64,000 bases of DNA, taken from Shigella phage Sfk20. Under the pieces are notes generated by a model that worked only from the letters and a program-made list of their open reading frames with translations, was not told the DNA's origin and searched no databases. How positions within the stretch are numbered: the first letter of the stretch is position 1; each line of letters begins with the position of its first letter. Shown here in pieces: positions 36,694 to 47,059 of the stretch. The stretch lies in sequence record MW341595; one strand, given 5' to 3'. The translations under genes were made by a program, and so were the position numbers.

Positions 36694-38871
36694 TTAGGCC
36701 GCAAGGGCCTTCATAGTTTTAGCGATTTGGGAAACTTCATCATCACTTAAAGAGTTGCGATAACCGATGAAGTCGGAAACAATACGGAATTTCTTGGTAA
36801 ACTCAGCAACCATTTTATCACTGTTTTTTGAAGCATTATATGATAGTGTTTCAAAAAGATTAGTTACTGTCCAGATGTCATGACCGATGGTACCTTTTCC
36901 ACCGTTGAAATATATACCCTGCAATGAACTAACCATATTACCAAGGCGAGTATATTCTTCGGAAACTTCATCTACACTGAAGTACTTCATCATAAAATCT
37001 AACTCAGGATACTTGATAATTTTATCAATATATCGTTTAGCTGAACTTGAATAACCTACATACTTATCATAATCTACATCATCAAAAGCATCTACATATA
37101 AATCACGTAGAGTTTCAAAAATACATTGGCACTGACCAAGTTCTTTTACCTTTTTCTGCAAAAGTGGACGAATAACATAAAATTCATTAATGCCAATAAG
37201 ATTAGCCATACGAGTCAAAATACTCGTAGACGGATTACAGAGCGATGTAGTACCATCCATAGAGAAAATATCAGAACGATGCATGTATGCTACATAACCA
37301 GTAATTTCATCTGCTTCTGACGTAAGTGTAAACAGTTCCTCTTTTTCCCAGCGCCCGTCTTTAATTTCAAACTTAAACGCAGTAGCAGCTTTAGGACGAG
37401 GAGCTTTACTTTTAACTGCCTTCGGAATATAACTTTTAACTAAAGCTTCAATTTCTGACAAATAATGAATGTTAACTTCATCACTTTCAAACATTGCCAT
37501 AATATCAGGGAGTAAATCAATCTGCGATTCTACTTCCGGATTAATAAACAAAAGACGCTCATTATGATGAATATTCAAAGTGTTATTAAATTCTTTATCA
37601 TCTAACGCATGCGCTAATCCACGGACAATATTAACACGATTTTTAATATTATCAATAACGATATTAATTTTTGTTGTATTAATACCGAACAGACGATAAC
37701 TTGATGCAACGGCTGAAGTTTCATGACTTTGCTTAATGCGTTTCAGTCGAGGGTCAAGATTTACTTCATACACAACTCCTGCATTACATAGTTTACTATC
37801 AGGTTCAAACATGCTTTGCATCTTCTTATATGACAGATTTTTAGTCGTAAATTTGACTGAATTACTAATCATATAATCTCGAGCAGAATATCCCATCTTC
37901 ATCAATTCACGGTATGTATGACGAGGAGATGTAGATTCTTTAAATCGTTTTACATCTTCATTGAATGCTTTCTCACTAAGCTCTTTAACACGCTCAATAA
38001 TATTTTTACGGGTACGATCATCTAGTGAAAGAGCTTCGCGTGATGGAGCAATATCAAGTGAACCCATTGGAAACTTAATGTAATTCACTTCATTGCGGAT
38101 GCTTAACCAGTTACGGTCTCTAATAACACCATCGATAGGATAAACAATACCACCATAGATAGCATACAATCCACCACGATCTGGCCAGTATCTTTCTGGA
38201 TTTACGCCGTAATAGTCATCAAAATCCGGAAAATAATCAATTTCGCGGTCAAGACCATTAATGATAGCTAAATCTTTGAATGGTCGCATGATATAAGAAA
38301 CTTCATAAGCAAAGTTTCTAAAGTCTTTTTCTTCAACTGGAACTACGATTTCAATACCAGTTTTATCATCTGGACCCATTTCTTTTACAAATGTAGGTTT
38401 AATTTGTGGACCATCGCCATCCATGTAAGCTACATAACCACGAATTTCGCCTTTATGATATGAAGTAATACTAAACGTATCAGTATAGCTAAACGGGGAT
38501 TTAGAACCTAAACCAAATCCGCCAATGAAATCATTAGATTCAGCCTTAGATGAACTAAAGTATGAATTATACAACCCAGGAGAATTATCATCACCTTGAA
38601 TATCAAAATCGCTCATACCTGGACCAAAATCTCGACAAACAAATCGCGGATCTAATCGTCCTGGAACTTGAATGATAAATTTTTCAGGATTTCCATTAAG
38701 AGCATGGGCATCAATCATGTTGGTAATCAATTCACGGACAACTGCGCGAATCTTGTTTGTATACAAGTCAGATGACAGAATTTTAAATACTTTAGGAGAT
38801 GCTGTGATGCTAAATGCTTTTGATTTAGAACCATTACCAAGAATTGTTTCTTTTTCAGTGGTGATAATCAT
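36694..38871 (-). CDS. rIIA: rIIA protein
   Basis: 725 aa; matches T4 rIIA. Confidence 0.95.
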   Translation of the reverse strand: MIITTEKETILGNGSKSKAFSITASPKVFKILSSDLYTNKIRAVVRELITNMIDAHALNGNPEKFIIQVPGRLDPRFVCRDFGPGMSDFDIQGDDNSPGLYNSYFSSSKAESNDFIGGFGLGSKSPFSYTDTFSITSYHKGEIRGYVAYMDGDGPQIKPTFVKEMGPDDKTGIEIVVPVEEKDFRNFAYEVSYIMRPFKDLAIINGLDREIDYFPDFDDYYGVNPERYWPDRGGLYAIYGGIVYPIDGVIRDRNWLSIRNEVNYIKFPMGSLDIAPSREALSLDDRTRKNIIERVKELSEKAFNEDVKRFKESTSPRHTYRELMKMGYSARDYMISNSVKFTTKNLSYKKMQSMFEPDSKLCNAGVVYEVNLDPRLKRIKQSHETSAVASSYRLFGINTTKINIVIDNIKNRVNIVRGLAHALDDKEFNNTLNIHHNERLLFINPEVESQIDLLPDIMAMFESDEVNIHYLSEIEALVKSYIPKAVKSKAPRPKAATAFKFEIKDGRWEKEELFTLTSEADEITGYVAYMHRSDIFSMDGTTSLCNPSTSILTRMANLIGINEFYVIRPLLQKKVKELGQCQCIFETLRDLYVDAFDDVDYDKYVGYSSSAKRYIDKIIKYPELDFMMKYFSVDEVSEEYTRLGNMVSSLQGIYFNGGKGTIGHDIWTVTNLFETLSYNASKNSDKMVAEFTKKFRIVSDFIGYRNSLSDDEVSQIAKTMKALAA

Positions 38872-38881
38872 AATTTCCTCA

Positions 38882-39085
38882 TTAATTCATATTGCGTTTA
38901 ATAACTTCAGCAACTTCTAGTAGTTCATCTTTAGTTGCGGTGTCGGATTGAATTTTATCTCTAATATCCTTAAAGCGGTTTTTAAACTCTTCAGCTTCTC
39001 CCATATCGAAAAAGCGTTGAATGATTCTATATTCTCGATGAACTGCTTTATCAAAAAGTTCTAAATTTACTTTATATGATTTCAT
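38882..39085 (-). CDS. hypothetical protein (67 aa) adjacent to rIIA
   Basis: ORF track. Confidence 0.55.
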   Translation of the reverse strand: MKSYKVNLELFDKAVHREYRIIQRFFDMGEAEEFKNRFKDIRDKIQSDTATKDELLEVAEVIKRNMN

Positions 39086-39110
39086 TTCAATATCCTCATT
39101 TGCCCAATTA

Positions 39111-39140
39111 ATTATACCACATCCTTGTGGTAAAGTAAAC
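39111..39140 (-). promoter_or_regulatory. early promoter with stem-loop (PeSL-like)
   Basis: minus-sense GTTTAC-TTTACCACAAGGATGTGG-TATAAT; overlaps gene 39 stop. Confidence 0.55.
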
Positions 39141-40960
39141 TACTGGCTCATCCATTCTTTACGAAGGTCAGCATTATCCCCCATGAGCATTTCAAAAAGC
39201 TCTTTCCAGTTCTCAGGAAGTTTAACAACATCATATACCGGGTTTTGAATCATCTCACGATATTCAGATTTTTCCAAAGAGCCAAGTCCCTTAATATAAC
39301 GGATGCTATGTTTAGGTAGAGCATCTTTGGAACTCTCATATTCAGCGACTGTATAAAACCATTCTTGTTTTTTACCGACCTGAGCGATGATTACGGGAGT
39401 TTTGACGAAGCGAATTCTTCCTTGTTCAAACAGTTCTGGCCAATTACTAAAAAATCCGAGCAGAGAAGGATAAATGCTTCCTAGACCATCGTGGTCAGCA
39501 TCAGTCATAATAGCAATATTATGATAATTCAAGTTTTCAGCCTTTTCACCAAGAACTAATCCAGTGATTGCGCAAATATCAAACAGTTCTTTGTTTTTAA
39601 GCATATCAGCATATGACATACCCCAACTGTTGAGAACTTTACCACGTAATGGATAACCGCCATGAAGTTCTTTATCACGAACATCAATAAGATATCCGAT
39701 AGCAGAATCACCCTCAGTCAAGAAAAGAGTCGTGTCAGCATCTTTACCACAAAGATTCGCTTTAATATGTTTATGAACCTTAGCTTTAGAGGCCTTTTTA
39801 GCTGCTTTAGTTTCTGCTGCTTTTTCTGCCGCCAATTTACGAGCCAAGGCAGCTTCAATAATTGGCATTAAAATTGCTTCATTATTTAAAATAGCGCGTG
39901 AAATCTTTTTAGCATCAAGCTGAATATGACTACGAATTTCACCAAATGGAGAAGTCAAACGCTCTTTAGTCTGAGAATCAAATCGCATGTTTTTCATATC
40001 ACGAACAAACATAACGATAGTCAAACATTCTTTAACACGTGCTTTAGTTACATCAATTTTGAACTTACGTTTGATTTGTGGAATAAGGTCTTCACAAATA
40101 TCATCCATAACGCAGTCAATATGATGGCCACCATTCTTAGTATGAATGTTATTGACGTATGTTAATTGACGAAAACCATCCGGTGAACGACCAACCGCAA
40201 TAGAACAATTTTCTTGTTCTTGAACAATAGCATGCTCATCATATTGGCGTGCATATTTCTTAAAATTACCCTGAACCTTTTTACCATTAAAGGTAAATTG
40301 AATATCAGGATAAACTACTGCAAGTGTCTGGAGACGATCTAATGTAATGTCAAGATAAACTTGAGATAGCTCATTAGTTTCAAATGACATAAAATCAGGA
40401 ATGAAAGTAACACGAGTTCCTTTCCATTTTCCAGGAATAGTTTCCCATGATTTATTTTCCATGCCATTTGAACAACGAACTACAATATTATTTTGACCGT
40501 CGCCAGTTTCACCGACAAACATCACAGAAAAAATGTTAGTTAAACTAGAACCAACACCGTTCATACCGCCAGTGACACGTTCTTTATCATCACCGAAGTT
40601 ACCACCTGCTTTTGGAATAGTCCAGGCGGCAACAGGACCGGGAATTTCTTCACCAGTAAGTGTTTTAACCATCGCTTGTGGAATACCACGACCGTTATCT
40701 TCAACTGTTACTTGATTGTTTTTGATAGTAACATTAATTTTATTCGCGAATTTAAACTTAGTACGAATACCTTCATCTACTGAGTTATCGATAATTTCAT
40801 CAATAAGCTTAACAAGACCAGGTACATACTGAACACTTTCCCATTTACCAAACAGAAAGCGCTCATGCATTTCATTAGCGGAAGAGCCAATGTACATGCC
40901 GCTACGCTTTTTGATATGTTCAATATCGCTCAGAATTTTAATTTCATTCTTAATCATCAC
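39140..40960 (-). CDS. 39: DNA topoisomerase II large subunit (GyrB-like), single fused ORF
   Basis: 606 aa continuous ORF covering ATPase and TOPRIM regions. Confidence 0.95.
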   Translation of the reverse strand: MMIKNEIKILSDIEHIKKRSGMYIGSSANEMHERFLFGKWESVQYVPGLVKLIDEIIDNSVDEGIRTKFKFANKINVTIKNNQVTVEDNGRGIPQAMVKTLTGEEIPGPVAAWTIPKAGGNFGDDKERVTGGMNGVGSSLTNIFSVMFVGETGDGQNNIVVRCSNGMENKSWETIPGKWKGTRVTFIPDFMSFETNELSQVYLDITLDRLQTLAVVYPDIQFTFNGKKVQGNFKKYARQYDEHAIVQEQENCSIAVGRSPDGFRQLTYVNNIHTKNGGHHIDCVMDDICEDLIPQIKRKFKIDVTKARVKECLTIVMFVRDMKNMRFDSQTKERLTSPFGEIRSHIQLDAKKISRAILNNEAILMPIIEAALARKLAAEKAAETKAAKKASKAKVHKHIKANLCGKDADTTLFLTEGDSAIGYLIDVRDKELHGGYPLRGKVLNSWGMSYADMLKNKELFDICAITGLVLGEKAENLNYHNIAIMTDADHDGLGSIYPSLLGFFSNWPELFEQGRIRFVKTPVIIAQVGKKQEWFYTVAEYESSKDALPKHSIRYIKGLGSLEKSEYREMIQNPVYDVVKLPENWKELFEMLMGDNADLRKEWMSQ

Positions 40961-40984
40961 TTATCCTCGTTTGGTTTCGGGAAT

Positions 40985-41012
40985 ATTATACTCCGGTAAT
41001 CATAAAGCTAAA
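40985..41012 (-). promoter_or_regulatory. middle-type promoter for gene 39 (MotA-box-like plus -10)
   Basis: minus-sense TTAGCTTTA-12nt-TATAAT upstream of gene 39. Confidence 0.45.
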
Positions 41013-41020
41013 GGCCCGAA
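41003..41020 (-). terminator. GC tetraloop hairpin upstream of gene 39 promoter
   Basis: GGCC-CGAA-GGCC with flanking T/A runs. Confidence 0.45.
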
Positions 41021-41026
41021 GGCCTT

Positions 41027-41287
41027 TTATTTAAAACGGATAGTCGAATCCTTGAAGAATAGACCAGAACATACGGTTCCTTCTACTTTCTGCCCGGTAG
41101 GTCCAATAGCACGAAATCCAGTATGTTGGAAATCATTTTCAGAGCAACCGAACCAATTGTATCCAGTGATTTCAATATTAGTAAACCCACTTGAAGACAA
41201 AACTTTGGTTGCATTATCAGCATCAGTACATCCTACTAAAGATACTGCTAATACTAATGCCGCGATAGAACGATTAACATATTTCAT
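41027..41287 (-). CDS. putative lipoprotein (86 aa)
   Basis: signal peptide with lipobox LVGC (MKYVNRSIAALVLAVSLVGC...); track start 41299 is upstream alternative. Confidence 0.55.
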   Translation of the reverse strand: MKYVNRSIAALVLAVSLVGCTDADNATKVLSSSGFTNIEITGYNWFGCSENDFQHTGFRAIGPTGQKVEGTVCSGLFFKDSTIRFK

Positions 41288-41291
41288 AATT

Positions 41292-41669
41292 TCACTCAAA
41301 TTTAATGGCTTGAAGGAGAATAATAATTCTTAAACGGCTTCTTTCATCTTTAACTGTAAAAGAAAGAGGGTCGCCAGATTTCATAGTGATAGTGCATTCA
41401 AAATCAAAATCTTCAGAAACTTCTTCGAAGAAGTCAAATTCTTCATCATAAATTAGAACATTACTCTGAAAACTGTGAAGAATTTTTCCATCATTTCCAG
41501 ATGCTGTACTAATCATTGTAACATTATTACCTTTCATATCTTCAACGATAAATTCGCTTGTAGATATTACGGCATTAATAGAACCATTCCTATAAATAGA
41601 AGAAAGTAGATATTTCTTTTCTTCACCTTCGCGAACACGATATTTCTTACCGATTTTAAACATAATCAC
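41292..41669 (-). CDS. hypothetical protein (125 aa)
   Basis: ORF track. Confidence 0.55.
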   Translation of the reverse strand: MIMFKIGKKYRVREGEEKKYLLSSIYRNGSINAVISTSEFIVEDMKGNNVTMISTASGNDGKILHSFQSNVLIYDEEFDFFEEVSEDFDFECTITMKSGDPLSFTVKDERSRLRIIILLQAIKFE

Positions 41670-41842
41670 CCTTTAAGTAAGTCGTAAAATCCACCATTCA
41701 CATGCTTAGGAGCAGAAGGCCGACAAGTAGACAGACGATGACATTTAGGGCAAACATCATTTTCTCGTTCAGAAATCTTTTTAATTTTTTCATATTCATG
41801 CCCGCAATCTTCGGATTGGCATTTATAATCATACATTGGCAT
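41666..41842 (-). CDS. small zinc-ribbon protein (58 aa)
   Basis: manual translation MPMYDYKCQSEDCGHEYEKIKKISERENDVCPKCHRLSTCRPSAP...; two CxxC pairs. Confidence 0.45.
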   Translation of the reverse strand: MPMYDYKCQSEDCGHEYEKIKKISERENDVCPKCHRLSTCRPSAPKHVNGGFYDLLKG

Positions 41843-41844
41843 AA

Positions 41845-42264
41845 TTATTCCTTAAAGTGAGCTTTCAACATCTGATACAAGGACCATGCCTGTTCATTAT
41901 TTTCAATAGTAACTTTCATGACAGGAAATTCTGTGAAATCTTCTATTTGTTCTTGCTCTTCCTGCTCTTGCTCTTCAGATGCCTGATATGGATTTTCCAC
42001 TTCATCAAAAAACCCAGCTTCACTTTTTGAAAGCCAAATAAAGTCTTCATCCAAAACATCTTTATCAGGAGATAGTACTAAATTTCCAGTAGATGACAAA
42101 ATTTTAATAGGACGCCCAAGAGAGTCCACATCTAAAATTTTAAAAGGATACATACCTAAACGGCGCGCATAAATTCCGTTATTAATATGGTCTTTAATAA
42201 AATTTTCTTGGGCTTGTTTATTTTTAAATTGATACCATTTATTAATTTCAAATCTAATAGCCAT
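41845..42264 (-). CDS. hypothetical acidic protein (139 aa)
   Basis: ORF track; [10 protein letters not shown] acidic stretch. Confidence 0.55.
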   Translation of the reverse strand: MAIRFEINKWYQFKNKQAQENFIKDHINNGIYARRLGMYPFKILDVDSLGRPIKILSSTGNLVLSPDKDVLDEDFIWLSKSEAGFFDEVENPYQASEEQEQEEQEQIEDFTEFPVMKVTIENNEQAWSLYQMLKAHFKE

Positions 42265-42479
42265 TAATAAATTTCCTTCCAGTAAGTTGTACCGTCTTCA
42301 GTGATTTCACGGAATACACCATAAATTGGTTGTTTATCACCAACCTTTTCATACACATAAACCGAAGTCAAGTGAGTAAACTTAGCAGTGTTCTCTTTTT
42401 GAACTACTACCAAATCTGGATCGAATAATACATCTTCAAATTCGTCGTTGGTGCAATTTTGAACAATTTTACGTTTCAT
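42264..42479 (-). CDS. hypothetical protein (71 aa)
   Basis: ORF track. Confidence 0.55.
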   Translation of the reverse strand: MKRKIVQNCTNDEFEDVLFDPDLVVVQKENTAKFTHLTSVYVYEKVGDKQPIYGVFREITEDGTTYWKEIY

Positions 42480-42580
42480 TACAATTTCCTCATTAATTGA
42501 ACATTGGAGCGATGTGTTTCAGAAGAGTAGTAGCACCTTTGGCAAATTTTCCATTTTATTCTCCAAGTTGTTTTCTGTAT

Positions 42581-42650
42581 CAGTAGTTGATATTGATATA
42601 GTACTATAATCAACTACTGATGTATATAGTTTTATGAAAAAATTTTAAAC
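42581..42650 (-). promoter_or_regulatory. promoter region with 11-bp perfect inverted repeat
   Basis: CAGTAGTTGAT-17nt-ATCAACTACTG plus GTTTAA and TATATA boxes. Confidence 0.5.
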
Positions 42651-42651
42651 T

Positions 42652-43140
42652 TTATGCATAGAGAGCTTTGCTATAGTGTTTAATCCAGCTTTCAGGAATG
42701 ACTTTGTATGTTCCTAAAAATACCACATTATACAGCTTAACACCGTCTTCTACCCACTGATCGGTAATGTATGCGCACATAGCACGAGTATAAACAGCCG
42801 CACCATCATCTTTGATAAATTTAAATTCACAAGGAGCAATGAACTTAATAGCCTGACCGAGTTTCCACTTAAAGTCTACACCTACGTGCGAAGTATCAAT
42901 CGTTTCAATTCCTTTAGCAGGAACAGCTTTCAAAAACGCAGACTCAAGAAATTTCGCGCGAACATAGCCAAACTGGGGTTTAGACTTTCCATCTTTAGGA
43001 ATGATACGCACTTTTACTTCAGAATCTTCATCTTTAACACCATGTTTAAGCTGAATGCTTACAATTTCAACCAATTTTCCTGCTGCTTTAGAACGGGATT
43101 TATCAGATACACGAGCAATTTCACCAATATTAATAATCAT
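42652..43140 (-). CDS. motB: MotB
   Basis: 162 aa; length and sequence as T4 MotB. Confidence 0.75.
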   Translation of the reverse strand: MIINIGEIARVSDKSRSKAAGKLVEIVSIQLKHGVKDEDSEVKVRIIPKDGKSKPQFGYVRAKFLESAFLKAVPAKGIETIDTSHVGVDFKWKLGQAIKFIAPCEFKFIKDDGAAVYTRAMCAYITDQWVEDGVKLYNVVFLGTYKVIPESWIKHYSKALYA

Positions 43141-43165
43141 AGTTATCTCTCACTTGTTAAAAAGA

Positions 43166-43214
43166 TTTTATACTCCACAGGACCATTATACTCTGGTCCC
43201 AAGAGTTTGTAAAC
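43166..43214 (-). promoter_or_regulatory. early promoter with stem-loop (PeSL-like) upstream of motB
   Basis: minus-sense GTTTAC ... GGACCAGAGTATAATGGTCC stem-loop ... GAGTATAAAAT. Confidence 0.55.
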
Positions 43215-43216
43215 TA

Positions 43217-43756
43217 TTAATTCAAAATAGCTACCACTGCACTACGAGGTACTACGCTAAAATCACCTGCATGAACAACGTTCAGAAGTTCAACACCATC
43301 TTCAATCCATTGGTCTGTTACCCAACCACAGACCGAAACAAATGGGGTCTTGATAGCTACAGCACGAGTTAGAAGGTCAGTAGGATCGCATTCTTGGAAG
43401 AGGATAAGCTCTGCTTCAAAGACTATAGTTTTAATTACTTCATCATTATCTAAGCGTTGTGCTCGAATCACATAAGCTTTATTCTTATCATGCCAATTAC
43501 TTTTTGAAAAACTTTTAACCACAAACTCGCCTTCACCCAAAACACTGGTCAATGCTTTATAACCCAAACTTAGTTCAGTAGTTTTAATTTCAGTTTCAAC
43601 CAGTTTGTAGATTTTGCCGATTTCAATAGCGGTAGTCATAGTAGGTTCCTTAATTTCCAGTGGTTTAACAGGGCATACATAAGTGCTTACAACATCAAAA
43701 TCAATCAGTTTAGCTACCGGATTTGGTGTGTATTCAGGATTATAATTAAATTTCAT
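43217..43756 (-). CDS. MotB paralogue (179 aa)
   Basis: C-terminal ...WVTDQWIEDGVELLNVVHAGDFSVVP... aligns to MotB ...YITDQWVEDGVKLYNVVFLGTYKVIP... Confidence 0.65.
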   Translation of the reverse strand: MKFNYNPEYTPNPVAKLIDFDVVSTYVCPVKPLEIKEPTMTTAIEIGKIYKLVETEIKTTELSLGYKALTSVLGEGEFVVKSFSKSNWHDKNKAYVIRAQRLDNDEVIKTIVFEAELILFQECDPTDLLTRAVAIKTPFVSVCGWVTDQWIEDGVELLNVVHAGDFSVVPRSAVVAILN

Positions 43757-43758
43757 AA

Positions 43759-44259
43759 TTATCTCATTTCAATAAAATCTATAAGTTCAGCATGGGATTT
43801 ACGGAACATTACTTGATGTCCGCCAATGATAACTTGGTCATCTGGCACTTCGTATACAGCAAGATAAAATCCTTTAGAAGATAATTCTTCACGCTCTTCT
43901 CGTGTGAACCATCTCATCATATCATATTCACTAGCGAAAGCAAAATGATAAAGAGCTATAAACCATCCTGGAATATGATATTCTACTCCAACATAATCTT
44001 TCTTGAACTTAGTATTAATTACTATATTAGCGTTTTTAACTAACAGTTTATCTTCATGTGGTACAGGAATTCTTTTATTATCATCACTATGATGCATAAA
44101 ATTAGGTCTACTATAACCTACCCGTAATAGCCACTCTTCGCTCCATGAATCTATTATACTCCTGTACGGCGTTATTTGAACACAAAGATTTCGACGTATT
44201 GTTATAGCATCTTCATAATCAAGAATACTAAACGATGATTCAACACGATAAATTTTCAT
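43759..44259 (-). CDS. hypothetical protein (about 166 aa from internal ATG)
   Basis: track ORF 43759..44298; ATG MKIYRVESS... preceded by GAGGA RBS and early promoter 44284-44316. Confidence 0.55.
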   Translation of the reverse strand: MKIYRVESSFSILDYEDAITIRRNLCVQITPYRSIIDSWSEEWLLRVGYSRPNFMHHSDDNKRIPVPHEDKLLVKNANIVINTKFKKDYVGVEYHIPGWFIALYHFAFASEYDMMRWFTREEREELSSKGFYLAVYEVPDDQVIIGGHQVMFRKSHAELIDFIEMR

Positions 44260-44283
44260 TTTATTATCCTCAGTAGCTATGGT

Positions 44284-44316
44284 GTTATAATACCACAACT
44301 AACAGAGGAAGTAAAC
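44284..44316 (-). promoter_or_regulatory. early promoter
   Basis: minus-sense GTTTAC-17nt-GGTATTATAAC. Confidence 0.5.
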
Positions 44317-44322
44317 AACTTT

Positions 44323-45006
44323 TTATCGTTTTGTTGGAAGAGATAGAGGATCGCACTCTTCCTCTGACGGAGCATCTTCAAGACCCATAGCATATCGCAA
44401 AGCATACTTCATCATCAGGATGTCTTTTGCACAGTCATGAATAGAATCATGTGCAACGAATCCGTCTAAAGTTCCCTTTGGAAGAGGACATGTGGTCATA
44501 TCACGAACAAGCAGAAGTGCTTCAATTCTGGTACGAATATCACGTTGATTCCAGAATTTACAAGGTTCTAACTTAAACGTATCAAGCTCATTCTCGGAAA
44601 CGCCGTTAAGACGTTGAATATCACGAATGAGATCAACTAAAATTGGAAAATCAAACGACATTCCACGGCACCAGCCTTGAGATTTCCAAGGATCGATATT
44701 ATGCGCATTGATGTAATCATTAAATTTTGCAATACCATCGATGGTGCTTACATCTTCATCTGATGGTGCAATATTTTTTCGAGCTTCTGGAGATTGGTTT
44801 TTCCACCATTCGATAGTGCTTTTAGTAAAAAGACGATGTCCTTTTTGGCTTTTTAAATCAAATTTGATTTTAATGCCGCGTGAAACTAATTCATCAAATG
44901 TTTCAACTACTTCTGGATTAGGGTCAAAGGCAATAACAGCTAAGTCAATAACAGCTGCCTTTTCACCGCTTCCCATTGTTTCAAAATCTATAATAAAATC
45001 AAACAT
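44323..45006 (-). CDS. dexA: exonuclease A (DnaQ-like 3'-5' exonuclease)
   Basis: 227 aa; matches T4 DexA. Confidence 0.9.
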   Translation of the reverse strand: MFDFIIDFETMGSGEKAAVIDLAVIAFDPNPEVVETFDELVSRGIKIKFDLKSQKGHRLFTKSTIEWWKNQSPEARKNIAPSDEDVSTIDGIAKFNDYINAHNIDPWKSQGWCRGMSFDFPILVDLIRDIQRLNGVSENELDTFKLEPCKFWNQRDIRTRIEALLLVRDMTTCPLPKGTLDGFVAHDSIHDCAKDILMMKYALRYAMGLEDAPSEEECDPLSLPTKR

Positions 45007-45281
45007 TAAATTTTCCTCGCTAAATCGCGAATTTGACCTACAGTATAATCTTGGATATAAACTTTATTAATGGGCTCATCAATAAATTTTGTCATAGATT
45101 CAATATCTTTTTGTATCTCTTCAAGACTGTATACTATCTTTAAAGCTTTTTCGCGAATAGTAACATTATCAGGTCCTGAATTTTCTTGAATGACAGCTTT
45201 AACATTTGCCATAAGAGACTTAAACTGATGCAAACTTAATTCAATCATTAATAACCGCCTTATAAAGATGGCTAATTTCAC
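45006..45281 (-). CDS. hypothetical protein (91 aa)
   Basis: ORF track. Confidence 0.5.
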   Translation of the reverse strand: MKLAIFIRRLLMIELSLHQFKSLMANVKAVIQENSGPDNVTIREKALKIVYSLEEIQKDIESMTKFIDEPINKVYIQDYTVGQIRDLARKI

Positions 45282-45501
45282 CTAAAACATAATCACTGAT
45301 TGTAACAGTTTTCACTTCGCCGCAAAAGAATTCTAACGCAATCAAATCTCGTTCAATTTCTTCCAATTGAAGCATTAACTTGCCTGATTCAATTTTCACG
45401 TTTTTGCGATTTTTACTATAAGCTATTTCATAAATTTCGCTCACTTTATCTTGAAGCAGATAAAACTGGTCTTTAGTTATTTCCACGAATAGCTTCCTCA
45501 A
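45241..45501 (-). CDS. hypothetical protein (86 aa)
   Basis: ORF track. Confidence 0.5.
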   Translation of the reverse strand: MRKLFVEITKDQFYLLQDKVSEIYEIAYSKNRKNVKIESGKLMLQLEEIERDLIALEFFCGEVKTVTISDYVLGEISHLYKAVIND

Positions 45502-45733
45502 ATTTAATCAGCAGCTTACAGACACTTTCATCTAATGTAATTACCGTGTCTGTATTACTATGATATGATTGTTTTTCAATTCGTTTAATTGCTAGTATAG
45601 TATCACTTATAAGATTAAGCTTATAAAGGAGCTCAGCTCCTGTTACCATAACACTGAGGTTATCTTGCTTATCAGTGTGCTTCTTTATACCATCTATTAG
45701 ACGATTTAAATATTTTGAATTGATGTTAATCAT
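45473..45733 (-). CDS. hypothetical protein (86 aa)
   Basis: ORF track. Confidence 0.5.
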   Translation of the reverse strand: MININSKYLNRLIDGIKKHTDKQDNLSVMVTGAELLYKLNLISDTILAIKRIEKQSYHSNTDTVITLDESVCKLLIKFEEAIRGNN

Positions 45734-45739
45734 ATATCC

Positions 45740-47059
45740 TCACACATAAAACACATCATAACGACCACGAGTGACACCAACATAAAGAAGCTGCTGAGCC
45801 AATTCAGCATCTGCATAATGAATACAAGGCGTATAGATGAAAGCCCGGTCTACAGACATGCCCTGAGCTTTGTGGAATGTTGATGCAGGAAGTGCTTTCA
45901 CTTTACTAAACTGTGATTTAGCATCCCAAAAATCACTCCACGGAGCTTTTCCACCTTTATTCCAATTTTTATAAGTTTCTGCAGTTTTACCTAAAAATAA
46001 GTTAAACTTATACAGCTCTTCATCAGATGAAATTATTTTAATCTTTTCACGATAATATTCATCATCGCCGTAAGTTTCTACCGTTAAATCCCAATGACGA
46101 ATTAGATATTCTCCAGAAACACCACGAGCTTTAACAAATGTTGATGTATACTCTGCTTCTATAATACGAACTAATTGTCCGTTATTAAAAATAATTTCTG
46201 ACACAGGCTTTCCATCAATTTTATATGTTTTAATTAATGGTTCCTGCATTACAATAATTTCACCAACGATAAAATCTTTATCAGTTTCAAAAATCTTTTT
46301 GCGAATAATGTTATTTAACTTATCAACAGATTTATTCGTAAATGCCATGACGCGATTTTCAAACAAATCATCTAGCGATTTTACGATTGAAAAATAATTT
46401 ACCATAAAATCGCGTAAAGCGGTATCACCAGTAAATCCACGTACTCCATGCCCGTCAACAACTTTATCATAAATCCACTTACCGTTGCGAACATCAGTAG
46501 CTACATCAATAATAGGAGCATTACTGCGTTTAACTTCAGTGAGTTCACACTGATAAAAATCTTTATGCGTAAAGAATGGACTGATATAAGCAGTGTTTTC
46601 TCCTGGGTCAACAGGTCTAATTTGCTTATTATCGCCTATTCCAATTATAGTACACCACGGCGGGATAGTTGAAAGCAGAATTTTAAATAGCTTTCTATCA
46701 TACATTGACACTTCGTCGCAGATTAATACTCTGCATTTAGCTAAATCCGGTACTTCTTTTTGTTCAAAAAGAACGTTTTCTTCATATGTTACTGGGTTAA
46801 TTTTAAGAATACTGTGAATAGTACTCGCTTCTTTCCCTGATAGTTTTGAAAGAATCTTTTTAGCTGCATGAGTAGGAGCTGCTAAAATAATGCCAGTTTC
46901 GCCTGTAGATATTAAAGCTTCAATGATGAACTTAGTAAGAGTAGTCTTACCAGTACCAGCAGGTCCATTAATAGTTACATGATGTTTCTTTTCTTTAATA
47001 GCCCTCATAACGATGTTAAAGGCATTTTTCTGGCCTTCGGTCAAATCATCAAATGTCAT
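45740..47059 (-). CDS. dda: Dda DNA helicase (SF1B)
   Basis: 439 aa; Walker A GPAGTGKT; matches T4 Dda. Confidence 0.95.
   Translation of the reverse strand: MTFDDLTEGQKNAFNIVMRAIKEKKHHVTINGPAGTGKTTLTKFIIEALISTGETGIILAAPTHAAKKILSKLSGKEASTIHSILKINPVTYEENVLFEQKEVPDLAKCRVLICDEVSMYDRKLFKILLSTIPPWCTIIGIGDNKQIRPVDPGENTAYISPFFTHKDFYQCELTEVKRSNAPIIDVATDVRNGKWIYDKVVDGHGVRGFTGDTALRDFMVNYFSIVKSLDDLFENRVMAFTNKSVDKLNNIIRKKIFETDKDFIVGEIIVMQEPLIKTYKIDGKPVSEIIFNNGQLVRIIEAEYTSTFVKARGVSGEYLIRHWDLTVETYGDDEYYREKIKIISSDEELYKFNLFLGKTAETYKNWNKGGKAPWSDFWDAKSQFSKVKALPASTFHKAQGMSVDRAFIYTPCIHYADAELAQQLLYVGVTRGRYDVFYV

Noticed and set aside
36008-37320. Plus-strand ORFs antisense to rIIB and rIIA
   Set aside because: Antisense artefacts.
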